Assembly (NCBI GenBank): GCA_965200485.1
Contig: CBDAUD010000001.1
Location: 793,102-857,101, forward strand
Source: a bacterium
GTDB taxonomy: Bacteria; JAAXHH01
Direction of reading: 5' to 3'
Length of the DNA: 64,000 bases
The notes under the pieces were generated by a model. The model was not told where the DNA came from. It did no database searches and saw only the letters and a list, made by a program, of their open reading frames with translations. The position numbers were made by a program, and so were the translations under genes. Of this stretch, positions 22,200-33,682 are shown piece by piece. Numbering within the stretch: the first letter of the stretch is position 1; each line of letters opens with the position of its first letter.

Positions 22200-23579
22200 T
22201 CATTTGCCTATACAGAACTGGGAGAAGACGTGATCCAGCACTGAATCACCGATCTCCTTGCCCACGAGCACGCCGAGGTGATGGACACATTCCCGCAGAT
22301 CGATGGCCGCCATTTCGGCACCGAGCCCATCTTCCAGGATCCTGATACCGCGGACCAGACTCGATTCGGCCTGATGCAGCAGGTCTGCCTGGCGCGCATT
22401 CACCACGAGGCCCGACTCGAATCCGGCGGGATCGTAGTGCACCTTTTCAAGCACCGATTCCAACAGGTCGTCAAGGCCCTGCCCCATTTTTGCCGATGTC
22501 CGCACACACTGGCCTCCCGATGTCATTTCGGTGTAGGCATCTGGATCGTACGTATTCAGGTCGCACTTGTTCAATATAAAGATACAATCCCGTGCGGACA
22601 ACTGGCCGGACAGTTTCCGGTCGTCATCGTCCGGGGAACGGGAGGCGTCGAAGACCACCAGGGCAATGTCTGCCCGTTCCAATTCGGCCTGCGACCGTTC
22701 AACACCCTGCCTTTCAACCCAGTCCGATGTCGCCCGGATTCCTGCGGTGTCCACAAAGGTGACGGGTACGCCCCTGATATCCACACTTTCCTCTATGGTG
22801 TCCCGTGTGGTCCCCGATTCCGCATGCACGATCGCCCGATCCCTGGACGTCAGCATGTTGAGCAGACTGGATTTCCCCACATTAGGCTTCCCGATCAACG
22901 CAATTCGGACGCCGTCCCGCAGTACGCGCGTCCTTTGCGACGATCTGATGAGACGATTCAGCGCTTCCTGGACGGGACGTAATTGCTCCAGGAAGGTTCG
23001 GGGCTCCATTTCCGGGATGCCCTCCTCAGTGAAATCAAGCGTAACTTCAATAAAGGCAATGACCTGGATCAAGCTCAATCTGAATCCGTCTATTTGTTGC
23101 GAGCAGGCTCCGTCCAATTGCCTTAGCGCAGCCCGCGCACAGGCGTCGGTTCGCGCCCGGATCAATTCGCCCACCGCTTCGGCCTGCAATAGGTCGATCC
23201 GGCCGTTTAGAAAAGCTCGTTTCGTAAACTCGCCGGGTTCCGCCAACCGGGCTCCTGCGCGGATCAGTACGTTCAGGATCATGGTGCCTGGTCTCATGCC
23301 CCCGTGGCCGCTGATCTCGATCAAGTCCTCGCGGGTATAGGTGCGCGGCGCCTTGAACAGGGACAGAAGCACCTCATCGATCCGTTCGCTGTTATCAGGA
23401 TCGATGACGTATCCGTGATGTATGGTATGCGTCCGGCACGTGGAAGGGAGGTCGCCGCTGAACACCCGGTCGGCGATGGGGAATGAATCGGGACCGCTCA
23501 GGCGCACGACGCAGAGGCCGCCGTCGCCGGGCGGGGTGCCGATCGCAGCAATGGTATCGTGGAGAACCTGCGAGGTCAT
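22200..23579 (-). CDS. mnmE: tRNA modification GTPase MnmE (TrmE)
   Basis: ORF track 469 aa. The ATG at 23579 gives MTSQVLHDTIAAIGTPPG. G1 motif GKPNVGKSSLLN and the C-terminal CIGK motif. Confidence 0.95.
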   Translation of the reverse strand: MTSQVLHDTIAAIGTPPGDGGLCVVRLSGPDSFPIADRVFSGDLPSTCRTHTIHHGYVIDPDNSERIDEVLLSLFKAPRTYTREDLIEISGHGGMRPGTMILNVLIRAGARLAEPGEFTKRAFLNGRIDLLQAEAVGELIRARTDACARAALRQLDGACSQQIDGFRLSLIQVIAFIEVTLDFTEEGIPEMEPRTFLEQLRPVQEALNRLIRSSQRTRVLRDGVRIALIGKPNVGKSSLLNMLTSRDRAIVHAESGTTRDTIEESVDIRGVPVTFVDTAGIRATSDWVERQGVERSQAELERADIALVVFDASRSPDDDDRKLSGQLSARDCIFILNKCDLNTYDPDAYTEMTSGGQCVRTSAKMGQGLDDLLESVLEKVHYDPAGFESGLVVNARQADLLHQAESSLVRGIRILEDGLGAEMAAIDLRECVHHLGVLVGKEIGDSVLDHVFSQFCIGK

Positions 23580-23624
23580 GGGATTTTCGAGGCGCGGGTT
23601 ACATGACATGCGCCCGGTACATCG

Positions 23625-25385
23625 TCATTTCGCCGGTTGAACCGGGAAAAATCGGTTCTGTATCGCCTGCTGAATAATGGTCAGCACATTGATCATCGTC
23701 CAGTACAGTATGAGACCGGAAGGAAGGTTCATCATGATGAAGAACAGCACGGCAGGCATGATGTAGACGAACATGGCCTGCCGGGGGTCTTTCATCGTCA
23801 TTTTGGACTGAAGCAGCATGGTGGCTGCCATGAGGATGGGCAGCACGTAGTACGGGTCCTTCAGGGACAGATCCTGAATCCACGCGACAAAAGGCGCATC
23901 CCGCAATTCTATCGTACTGTTGAAGATGGTATAGAGCGCGATCAGGATCGGCATCTGCAGCAACAGGGGCAGGCAACCTCCCAAGGGGTTTACGCCGGCT
24001 TCCCTGTACAGCTTCATCATCTCCTTGTTCAGCTTGGTCGAATCATTCTTGTGTTTTTCCTTGAGCGATTCCATTTTCGGCTGAAGCTGCGCCATGCCCT
24101 GGGTGGCCTTCATGCTCTTGTGAGTCAGGGGAAAGAGCAGAATCTTCACCAGGATGGACAGCACAATGATCACAACACCGTAATTGGATATGAACTGGTG
24201 CAGCCAGACCAGGGAAATGAGCGTGACCCGACTGATCGGCTGTATGATCGCCCACCCGAGATCGACCGCGCCTTCCAGACCGTATCCGTATTGCTCAAGG
24301 GTATCGTAGTGAACCGGACCCAGGTAGAGGAGGAAGTTGTCCATCAGCGGCGAAGCGAGTCCCATGGACAATTCTGCGGCGATCTGCCGATCGTCATACG
24401 CTGGACGCTGAACGGGTTGGCCGTTCAGCCTGTAGCCTCTGGCCTTCCTGTCCACCGGCACCATAGCCGTGAAGAAGTATTTGCTGCGGACCCCGACCCA
24501 GTGGGTTTCGCCCGTGGTTTCGGGCCTGGGGTCCTCCACCTCGCTACCCAGGTCTTCATCGATCACCGTATCATTGAGCGAGGCGAATCCACGAAAGGCG
24601 TACAAATCCTGATCCCAATCCTTCTCTGTCACGTTGATCCCGCCGCCCCACCGAAGATAATACTTGCTGCCGAGGGCCAGATTCTCGCCGCCGTTGATCC
24701 GGATCTGGAGGTCCACGGCGTAGTCGTCCCGATTGATGGCGAACACCTTCGTAATAGTCAATCCGCCGGGCGTATCGGCCGTTAGGGTGATCGATCCCGT
24801 GGCCTGTCCGGGACCGAGCACGACCGCGTCACGATCCGCAGCAAATCGGAGAGTCCGGGTACTGCGGGGCCCCCGTTCCGTCGTGAGAATGATATCGGGA
24901 CCCCATTCCCGGTCCGGGGGAATGAGTTCCACATCGTCTCCTCCTATTCCTCGATAACCTTTTATTTTCCAGCTCTTTATGACACCTCCAAGTGTGCTGA
25001 TGACACCGCGAAATTTCTGGTTCTCAACGACGATATCACGCGGTTCCGGGGCACCTTCGACTGAGGGGAGAAAAAGCACACGCTCGGAGCGATCCCAACT
25101 CTCCGCGGTCAGATTCCCGCCGGTACCGCGCGCAGTTCCGTCGGCCGGTACCCGTGTCGGTATCGGTGCGGGCTCGTTTGCCGGGGCGTCGTAGGCCGGT
25201 TCGCCCGTCGCGCCCCCGGGATAGGCCTCCGCTGGATCATCTTCCGACAGCCGGTCTCCCGCCTGCTCCGACGTGAATGTTCTGTCGACAGGAGGCTGAG
25301 GGGCATACATCGGAAATATAATGTAGTAGTATCCAATCCAGGTCAGGATGATGAGGCCGAAGGCGCCGAGTACCCGTTTTTCCAT
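23625..25385 (-). CDS. yidC: Membrane protein insertase YidC
   Basis: ORF track 586 aa. N-terminal TM, large periplasmic domain, and a conserved C-terminal core (LFPLTHKSMKATQGMAQLQPKMESLKEKHKND, NPLGGCLPLLLQMPI). Confidence 0.95.
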   Translation of the reverse strand: MEKRVLGAFGLIILTWIGYYYIIFPMYAPQPPVDRTFTSEQAGDRLSEDDPAEAYPGGATGEPAYDAPANEPAPIPTRVPADGTARGTGGNLTAESWDRSERVLFLPSVEGAPEPRDIVVENQKFRGVISTLGGVIKSWKIKGYRGIGGDDVELIPPDREWGPDIILTTERGPRSTRTLRFAADRDAVVLGPGQATGSITLTADTPGGLTITKVFAINRDDYAVDLQIRINGGENLALGSKYYLRWGGGINVTEKDWDQDLYAFRGFASLNDTVIDEDLGSEVEDPRPETTGETHWVGVRSKYFFTAMVPVDRKARGYRLNGQPVQRPAYDDRQIAAELSMGLASPLMDNFLLYLGPVHYDTLEQYGYGLEGAVDLGWAIIQPISRVTLISLVWLHQFISNYGVVIIVLSILVKILLFPLTHKSMKATQGMAQLQPKMESLKEKHKNDSTKLNKEMMKLYREAGVNPLGGCLPLLLQMPILIALYTIFNSTIELRDAPFVAWIQDLSLKDPYYVLPILMAATMLLQSKMTMKDPRQAMFVYIMPAVLFFIMMNLPSGLILYWTMINVLTIIQQAIQNRFFPVQPAK

Positions 25386-25436
25386 TGTTGACCTGATTCC
25401 AGGTTTGTAAGCCGCGGCAGGCGGCTGATCTTGCGA

Positions 25437-25670
25437 TCACTCCACCGGATCGTATCCGCCCGGGTGGAAGGGATGGCAGCGCAACAGCCGTCGCGCGGAC
25501 AGGTAGCACCCGACGAACAGGCCCCGGCGCTCCAGCGCTTCGATGGTATAGCGCGAACAGGTGGGGGTAAACCGGCAGCTTGGCGGAAGGAACGGAGACA
25601 AGACCAGTTGGTAGCCGCGGACGCCCCATGCGAGCATGGTTGCGATCGCGGTGGTCAGTCTTTTCCACAT
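25437..25670 (-). CDS. yidD: Membrane protein insertion efficiency factor YidD
   Basis: ORF track 77 aa. [15 protein letters not shown] and [16 protein letters not shown]. Confidence 0.92.
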   Translation of the reverse strand: MWKRLTTAIATMLAWGVRGYQLVLSPFLPPSCRFTPTCSRYTIEALERRGLFVGCYLSARRLLRCHPFHPGGYDPVE

Positions 25671-26044
25671 AGACTTCTCACCGCGGTTTGGTAGAGGGAA
25701 AGAAACTCTTCATTCATCTGGTGGTATGTAGCTTCCTGCCCTGGACTGCGGGCGATGAGCACCATGTGGATCCCGCGTTTCAGGCCGTTCCTGTTCATCC
25801 GGTAGATCTCCCGCATTCTCCGGCGAATCAGGTTGCGCTCGACCGCGCCGCCGCAACGCTTGGTCACGATGAAACCGACGCGTCGCTCAAGGCGATCCGG
25901 ACAGGACGCCAAGGACAGGAGCATCGACCGTCCCCTTACGGTCAATCCGTTTTTTCTCACCCGCTCGAATTCCCACCGGCGTCTCATGCGTTCGTCATGT
26001 GGAAAACGTCGGGAACCTGCGACCATGGTGCATGGATCCCGCAA
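25655..26044 (-). CDS. rnpA: Ribonuclease P protein component
   Basis: ORF track 129 aa. Basic protein between rpmH and yidD; [26 protein letters not shown] matches the RNR motif region. The start may be an internal Met. Confidence 0.88.
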   Translation of the reverse strand: MRDPCTMVAGSRRFPHDERMRRRWEFERVRKNGLTVRGRSMLLSLASCPDRLERRVGFIVTKRCGGAVERNLIRRRMREIYRMNRNGLKRGIHMVLIARSPGQEATYHQMNEEFLSLYQTAVRSLCGKD

Positions 26045-26047
26045 CGC

Positions 26048-26182
26048 CTAAACGGCAACCCGAGCCCTTCCCTTGGCGCGGCGACGGTTCAGAATCAGCC
26101 GCCCGGCCTTGGTGCTCATCCTGCGACGAAACCCGTGCCTGCGGTGCCGCTTCAGGTTGCTCGGCTGAAAGGTCCGCTTCAT
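26048..26182 (-). CDS. rpmH: 50S ribosomal protein L34
   Basis: Manual translation (below the ORF-track length cut-off): [44 protein letters not shown], 44 aa, stop TAG at 26048-26050. Confidence 0.95.
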   Translation of the reverse strand: MKRTFQPSNLKRHRRHGFRRRMSTKAGRLILNRRRAKGRARVAV

Positions 26183-26316
26183 CAATCACTCCCGATTTTC
26201 ACACACTTCAGAACTGGAAAACAGCCCTCAATTATATGTAGCGGGTCGGGGATTGTCAAGCGGTTTAGTGGGTTCCGGGTGTGCGAATGTTTTTGATTAT
26301 AACACTTGACTGGGCG

Positions 26317-26325
26317 TTATTCACA
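26317..26325 (+). promoter_or_regulatory. DnaA box (TTATTCACA) upstream of dnaA
   Basis: Read directly; one mismatch to TTATCCACA. It lies in the 346-bp rpmH-dnaA spacer. Confidence 0.5.
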
Positions 26326-26528
26326 CTGCATCCTTTTATGGAGATACCACCCGCAACAATTCCGCCTTCCGTGGATTTGTCGCAGTACCTAAGCAGTACC
26401 TAATCGGATTAAATCAATTTACTACATTTATTTAGCATTTGACATGCGATTGCGCGCGCATGTTTTCAGCCCGGGGTTTTTCGGTCCGTCCCCAATGTTC
26501 AACCCCTATGCAGACAAGGTAACACGCA

Positions 26529-27890
26529 ATGAAGCAGGAAGATCCTGTCCAGCTCTGGTCGGCATGTCTATCGGAGCTGAGGAGTATAATCCCCGCAAGG
26601 ACGTTCGCAACCTGGTTTGAGCGGACCAAAGGGTATGACGTAACATCGGACAAATTCACCATCGAGGTCCCGAACCCGTTCTCCGGGGAGCGGATTCTGA
26701 AACGGTTTCATGACAAGATTACCCATGTCGTGACGACCCAACTCGGCCGCCAGGTCGCCATTGACTATCACATTTTCGAGGGCAATACGCAGATAGTCCC
26801 CGTAATTACCGAACTGGCCTCCCACAAAATGCCCGCGGACCAGCAGACCCGGGACGACAACAACAACGACAACCTTTATGAAAACTATACCTTCGAGAAT
26901 TTCGTCGTGGGGGAGTGCAACGATTTCGCGCACGCGGCCTCCCTGGCCGTGGTAAAATCACCGGGCCAGCAGACCTTCAACCCGCTGGTGCTCTACGGCG
27001 GCGTCGGACTGGGCAAGACGCACCTGGCGCAGGCGATTGCCCATGAGTCGAAACGGCTCAGAACCGTCGACCGCATCCGATACGTCACGTCGGAGATTTT
27101 CTACAGTGAATTCATCGAGTCCATACAGGAAAAGAAGAAGAAGGAGTTCGCGCAGACTTACCGAAACGTCGATCTGCTTATCGTTGACGACATCCAATTC
27201 TTCTGCAAGGGGCACAAGGACCGCACCCAGGAGGAGTTCTTCCACACCTTCGACGTCCTGCGTCAGAAAGGTAAGCAGATCGTCCTGACCAGCGACCGGA
27301 TCCCGAAGGAACTTTCAGGCCTGGAGGAGCGCCTGGTGTCTCGGTTCGAGTGGGGACTTCTCGCGGACATGATGCCGCCCGACTACGAAACGCGGGAAGC
27401 CATTCTGCAGAAGAAGGCGGAAAAGGACGGGCTGTCACTGAGCTCGGACGTCATAGCCTATATCGCCGACCGGATCGCATCGAATATACGCGAGCTGGAA
27501 GGCGCCGTGCTCAGCCTGCTTGCCTATGCGTCTTTGAGCCGTTGCGATATAACCGTCGATGTGGCAAAACGGGTGCTGAGCAACAAGATTCGCAAGAAGC
27601 AGCGAGCCGCCGGAATTGATGACATACAGAAAGCCGTGGCCAGGCACTACAACGTTACCGTCGAGGATCTCGCAGCGAAGACACGAAAAAAACACGTAGT
27701 GACAGCCCGCCATATCGCCATGTTCCTTTGCCGGGACATGACCCGCGCTTCCCTAAAGGACATCGGAGCGGTTTTCGGCAAAAGAGACCACACCACCGTC
27801 ATACACGCCTGTCAAACGGTCAAGAAACATCTGTCAAACGACGAACACCTGCTGGAAGATCTCGACAAGATCAGAAATTCGCTGCTGTAG
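26529..27890 (+). CDS. dnaA: Chromosomal replication initiator protein DnaA
   Basis: ORF track 453 aa. Walker A GGVGLGKTHL, Walker B LLIVDDIQF, and a C-terminal DNA-binding helix (VARHIAMFLCRDMT, FGKRDHTTVIHA). Confidence 0.97.
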   Translation: MKQEDPVQLWSACLSELRSIIPARTFATWFERTKGYDVTSDKFTIEVPNPFSGERILKRFHDKITHVVTTQLGRQVAIDYHIFEGNTQIVPVITELASHKMPADQQTRDDNNNDNLYENYTFENFVVGECNDFAHAASLAVVKSPGQQTFNPLVLYGGVGLGKTHLAQAIAHESKRLRTVDRIRYVTSEIFYSEFIESIQEKKKKEFAQTYRNVDLLIVDDIQFFCKGHKDRTQEEFFHTFDVLRQKGKQIVLTSDRIPKELSGLEERLVSRFEWGLLADMMPPDYETREAILQKKAEKDGLSLSSDVIAYIADRIASNIRELEGAVLSLLAYASLSRCDITVDVAKRVLSNKIRKKQRAAGIDDIQKAVARHYNVTVEDLAAKTRKKHVVTARHIAMFLCRDMTRASLKDIGAVFGKRDHTTVIHACQTVKKHLSNDEHLLEDLDKIRNSLL

Positions 27891-27941
27891 CCCGCCTGCC
27901 ATCCAACCATACGCTCCATCCCGGTAACTGATATCCGAAGG

Positions 27942-28412
27942 TGTGGATAATTTGGATTTATTCACATGGTTGTTCACATATTTTACTTCTTCTAAATTGT
28001 TATCCTTCAGTATCTTACATACCGTACTTTCGATATTTTCACACTTGTCCACGTTTTGGATCGTGCTTTGATGTGGGAAACATCCGCATTAGGGGCAATC
28101 CGATTATCAAGACGTATATTCCATGCGCGTCCATGGCCGAAGCGACGACTTCTTTTCGGGAGGGCCTTCATACGTTTTCGTACCAAGACCACACCGGTCT
28201 ATATGGATGTGGATAACTGGGGTTTTGATGTGTCATAAAAGGTTGATTCAATGTGGATAACCAGCGATTGTCCGGTCGGGGATCCTGGTGTGTGGATAGA
28301 TGTGGACAATAATCCGTTCTGCTGGTGGTTTTTTCACATCTTTTTTATGCGTATAATTCTTTAAAAAAATTAAATTTAACGAGAAAAAAAACGAGTTGTT
28401 CAGTTATTCACA
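27942..28412. other. oriC DnaA-box cluster in the dnaA-dnaN spacer
   Basis: Perfect boxes TGTGGATAA (complement of TTATCCACA) at 27942-27950, 28208-28216 and 28252-28260. One-mismatch boxes: TTATTCACA at 27958-27966 and 28404-28412, TGTGGATAG at 28291-28299, TGTGGACAA at 28301-28309. This is a 770-bp non-coding, low-GC spacer. Confidence 0.85.
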
Positions 28413-28470
28413 TACTATAGTAGTATTATCTGTATTTATTTAAAGCATACATAACATCATAAGGTGTTTA
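28335..28470. other. AT-rich candidate DNA-unwinding element of oriC
   Basis: Read directly: tttttatgcgtataattctttaaaaaaattaaatttaacgagaaaaaaaacgag...tagtattatctgtatttatttaaagcatacataacatcat, in sharp contrast with the GC-rich flanks and adjacent to the tandem boxes at 28291-28309. Confidence 0.6.
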
Positions 28471-28660
28471 TATGCAGGTCCATTTTTCCATGGTATAGTG
28501 CCTGTTCTGTGGTACGAAAACCTTGCGCATAAAGTGCCCGGCTCTTTATATTATTCAATAATAGCATATGGTTACTGTACATCATGATCACTTGTGTAGC
28601 TTTCCGTGCTTACCGGACTGGAAAAGGGTTGTCAGCGCCGATTGACCAAAGGAGAACTCC

Positions 28661-29791
28661 GTGAAGATTACCATACCGGCCAGTTCCACTCTGATGAGCG
28701 GTATACAGACCGTACTGAATGTCGTACCGCCCAAGACCACCCTGCCTATTCTGTCCAACCTGTTGCTGGAAACAGAGGATGACCACCTGACCATCGGGGC
28801 CACCGACTTGGACATATCCATCGTGACCAGAATACCCGCCCAGATCTCTGAAGGGGGTTCGGTTACGGTACCGGGCAGGAAGATCGCCGAGATGGTGCGC
28901 GAGCTGCCCGATTCTCCCGTAGACATAAATGTGGACGGCGTCAAGGTGATCGTCCGGTGCGACCGGGGTGTTTTTCGCCTGTCGGGGATCGACAAGGCGG
29001 ATTACCCGGCTTTCCCGGAAGTATCTTCCGATCAAACCATAACGATGCCGGCGTCTTCGCTGCAACGCCTGATCCGAAAAACGGTTTACGCGGTATCCAA
29101 GGACGAGACACATCCCAGCCTTTGGGGGGCGCTCCTGAGCATAGGCCCCGGTTCCGTGCGGATGGTCGCCACGGACGCCCACCGGCTGGCCAAGACGACC
29201 TTGCCCTGTGAAGTCGACGATACGGTCACCGAAGGGATAATCGTTCCCCCGAAGGCCTTGAACAACCTTTCGCGGCTTATCGGAGAATCGGATGCGCCAT
29301 CCCGCATAACGATCGGGGAAAACCACGTCGTATTCGACTTGGAGAACGCCCGGTTGTACGCTCGGCTGATCGAAGCGACGTACCCGGACTATGAACGGGT
29401 CATCCCAAGCGGAAACGACAAGGTCGTCAAAGTGAACCGCGAGGTCCTGGAAAGCGCCGTGCGCCGCGTATCCGTCCTGTCCAACGCAACCACGCGGCAG
29501 ATCAGGTATTCAGCCCGTCCGGGGTTCATCGAACTCAGTTCGTCCAGCCACGATATAGGCGGCGAGGCGCGCGAAGAGGTGCCGGCCGAATATGAAGGCG
29601 ATGCCTTGGATACGGCCTATGACTTCCGTTACCTGCTCGACGTCGTGGAGCGAATAGAAACCGACGACGTCGTGTTCAAACTCGATTCGCCCGTCAGCGC
29701 GGGGATTATCACCCCTTCCGAAGAGGAGTCGGAAGGTGAGGACTACCAGTGTCTGATCATGCCCCTGAGACTAACCGACGCGGAAAACTGA
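28661..29791 (+). CDS. dnaN: DNA polymerase III subunit beta (sliding clamp)
   Basis: ORF track 376 aa. GTG start preceded by AAAGGAG. Position after dnaA/oriC, a three-domain clamp pattern, and the C-terminus IMPLRL. Confidence 0.95.
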   Translation: MKITIPASSTLMSGIQTVLNVVPPKTTLPILSNLLLETEDDHLTIGATDLDISIVTRIPAQISEGGSVTVPGRKIAEMVRELPDSPVDINVDGVKVIVRCDRGVFRLSGIDKADYPAFPEVSSDQTITMPASSLQRLIRKTVYAVSKDETHPSLWGALLSIGPGSVRMVATDAHRLAKTTLPCEVDDTVTEGIIVPPKALNNLSRLIGESDAPSRITIGENHVVFDLENARLYARLIEATYPDYERVIPSGNDKVVKVNREVLESAVRRVSVLSNATTRQIRYSARPGFIELSSSSHDIGGEAREEVPAEYEGDALDTAYDFRYLLDVVERIETDDVVFKLDSPVSAGIITPSEEESEGEDYQCLIMPLRLTDAEN

Positions 29792-29795
29792 TCAG

Positions 29796-30905
29796 GTGCA
29801 TCTTCAACAACTGTCCCTCAGTCAGTACAGAAACTATCAATCCCTGACCCTGACCTTTGACCCGAAAACGAATGTTTTTACCGGAACGAACGGACAAGGC
29901 AAGACGAACCTGCTGGAAGCAGTTTATTACCTGTGTGTAGCCCGGTCCTGCCGCGAGGCACAGGACCGGGAACTTGTGCGCATGGGCTCGGACCATTTCC
30001 TGATTCACGGCGAGGGACGGTCCGTGGAAGGCAGGGATGTCGAGGTACAGATCAGATACGGACGCCAGGCCGGCAAGAAGGTACTCGTAAACGGTTCACC
30101 TCAGCGCAACCTGTCGGATCTGTACGGTATTATGGCCGCGGTGGTGATTTCGCCAGACGACCGGAGGCTGGTCCAGGGGTCGCCGAAGTCTCGCCGCCGT
30201 TTCCTCGATATCGCGATCTCGCAGTCCAATGCGGCCTATCTCACTACTTTGCAGGACTACAGACGTGTAGTCCGACAACGCAACGAGGCGTTGCGCGCGT
30301 ATCAGGAAAGCCCGGGAAGGGCACCGGCGCTGGAGGTCTGGAATGCGTCGCTCATCGACCTGGGCAGCCGTATCATGAGAAAGCGCGTGGAAGTCGTCTC
30401 GGCCCTGCAGGAAGAAGCGCGGCGGGTTCATGCCATGATCAGCGGCGACGAAGAGCTCCTCGAACTGAACTATGCGCCATCCTTCGAATACAAGGATCAT
30501 AATGACGTCGAAGCGTCCTTTCAGGCGACGCTGGACCATAACGAACCCCGGGAAAGGATCCGTGGCATGACGGAAGCGGGCCCGCACCGGGATGATCTGT
30601 CCATCACGATGAACGGCGTCTCGCTGCAGACCTACGGATCGCAGGGGCAGCACAAGACGGCCGCGATGGCCCTCAAGCTGGCGGAAGCCCATTTTCTCCG
30701 GGGCCAGTTGCAAGCGCCTCCCCTGTTGTTGCTGGACGACATCTTCGCGGAAATCGACGCTACCAGGACGGGCCGCATGATGGAACTGATCCCCGCGTAC
30801 GGCCAGACCTTCATTACCACGGCCAGGGAAAGCGATATCGGGGACTACCGGAATGGGATCACCCGGTTTCATGTCCATGACGGCACAGCGATTCCCAGCG
30901 AATGA
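29796..30905 (+). CDS. recF: DNA replication and repair protein RecF
   Basis: ORF track 369 aa. Walker A GTNGQGKTNLLEA, signature-like GSQGQHKT, Walker B LLLLDDIFAEID. Confidence 0.95.
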   Translation: MHLQQLSLSQYRNYQSLTLTFDPKTNVFTGTNGQGKTNLLEAVYYLCVARSCREAQDRELVRMGSDHFLIHGEGRSVEGRDVEVQIRYGRQAGKKVLVNGSPQRNLSDLYGIMAAVVISPDDRRLVQGSPKSRRRFLDIAISQSNAAYLTTLQDYRRVVRQRNEALRAYQESPGRAPALEVWNASLIDLGSRIMRKRVEVVSALQEEARRVHAMISGDEELLELNYAPSFEYKDHNDVEASFQATLDHNEPRERIRGMTEAGPHRDDLSITMNGVSLQTYGSQGQHKTAAMALKLAEAHFLRGQLQAPPLLLLDDIFAEIDATRTGRMMELIPAYGQTFITTARESDIGDYRNGITRFHVHDGTAIPSE

Positions 30906-30914
30906 GGTTCGGGC

Positions 30915-33601
<2,687 letters not shown>

Positions 33602-33682
33602 TTCCCGTCGCCTGTCGAATACGACGGGTAATCCGAATGAGACCGTCAAACAAAAACGGGATAATACGTTCAAGGGGAAAGC

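Noticed and set aside
25995-26189. 64-aa minus-strand ORF from the track in the rpmH region
   Set aside because: It is in a different frame from the unmistakable L34 sequence ([19 protein letters not shown]...) at 26048..26182, so the track ORF is spurious.
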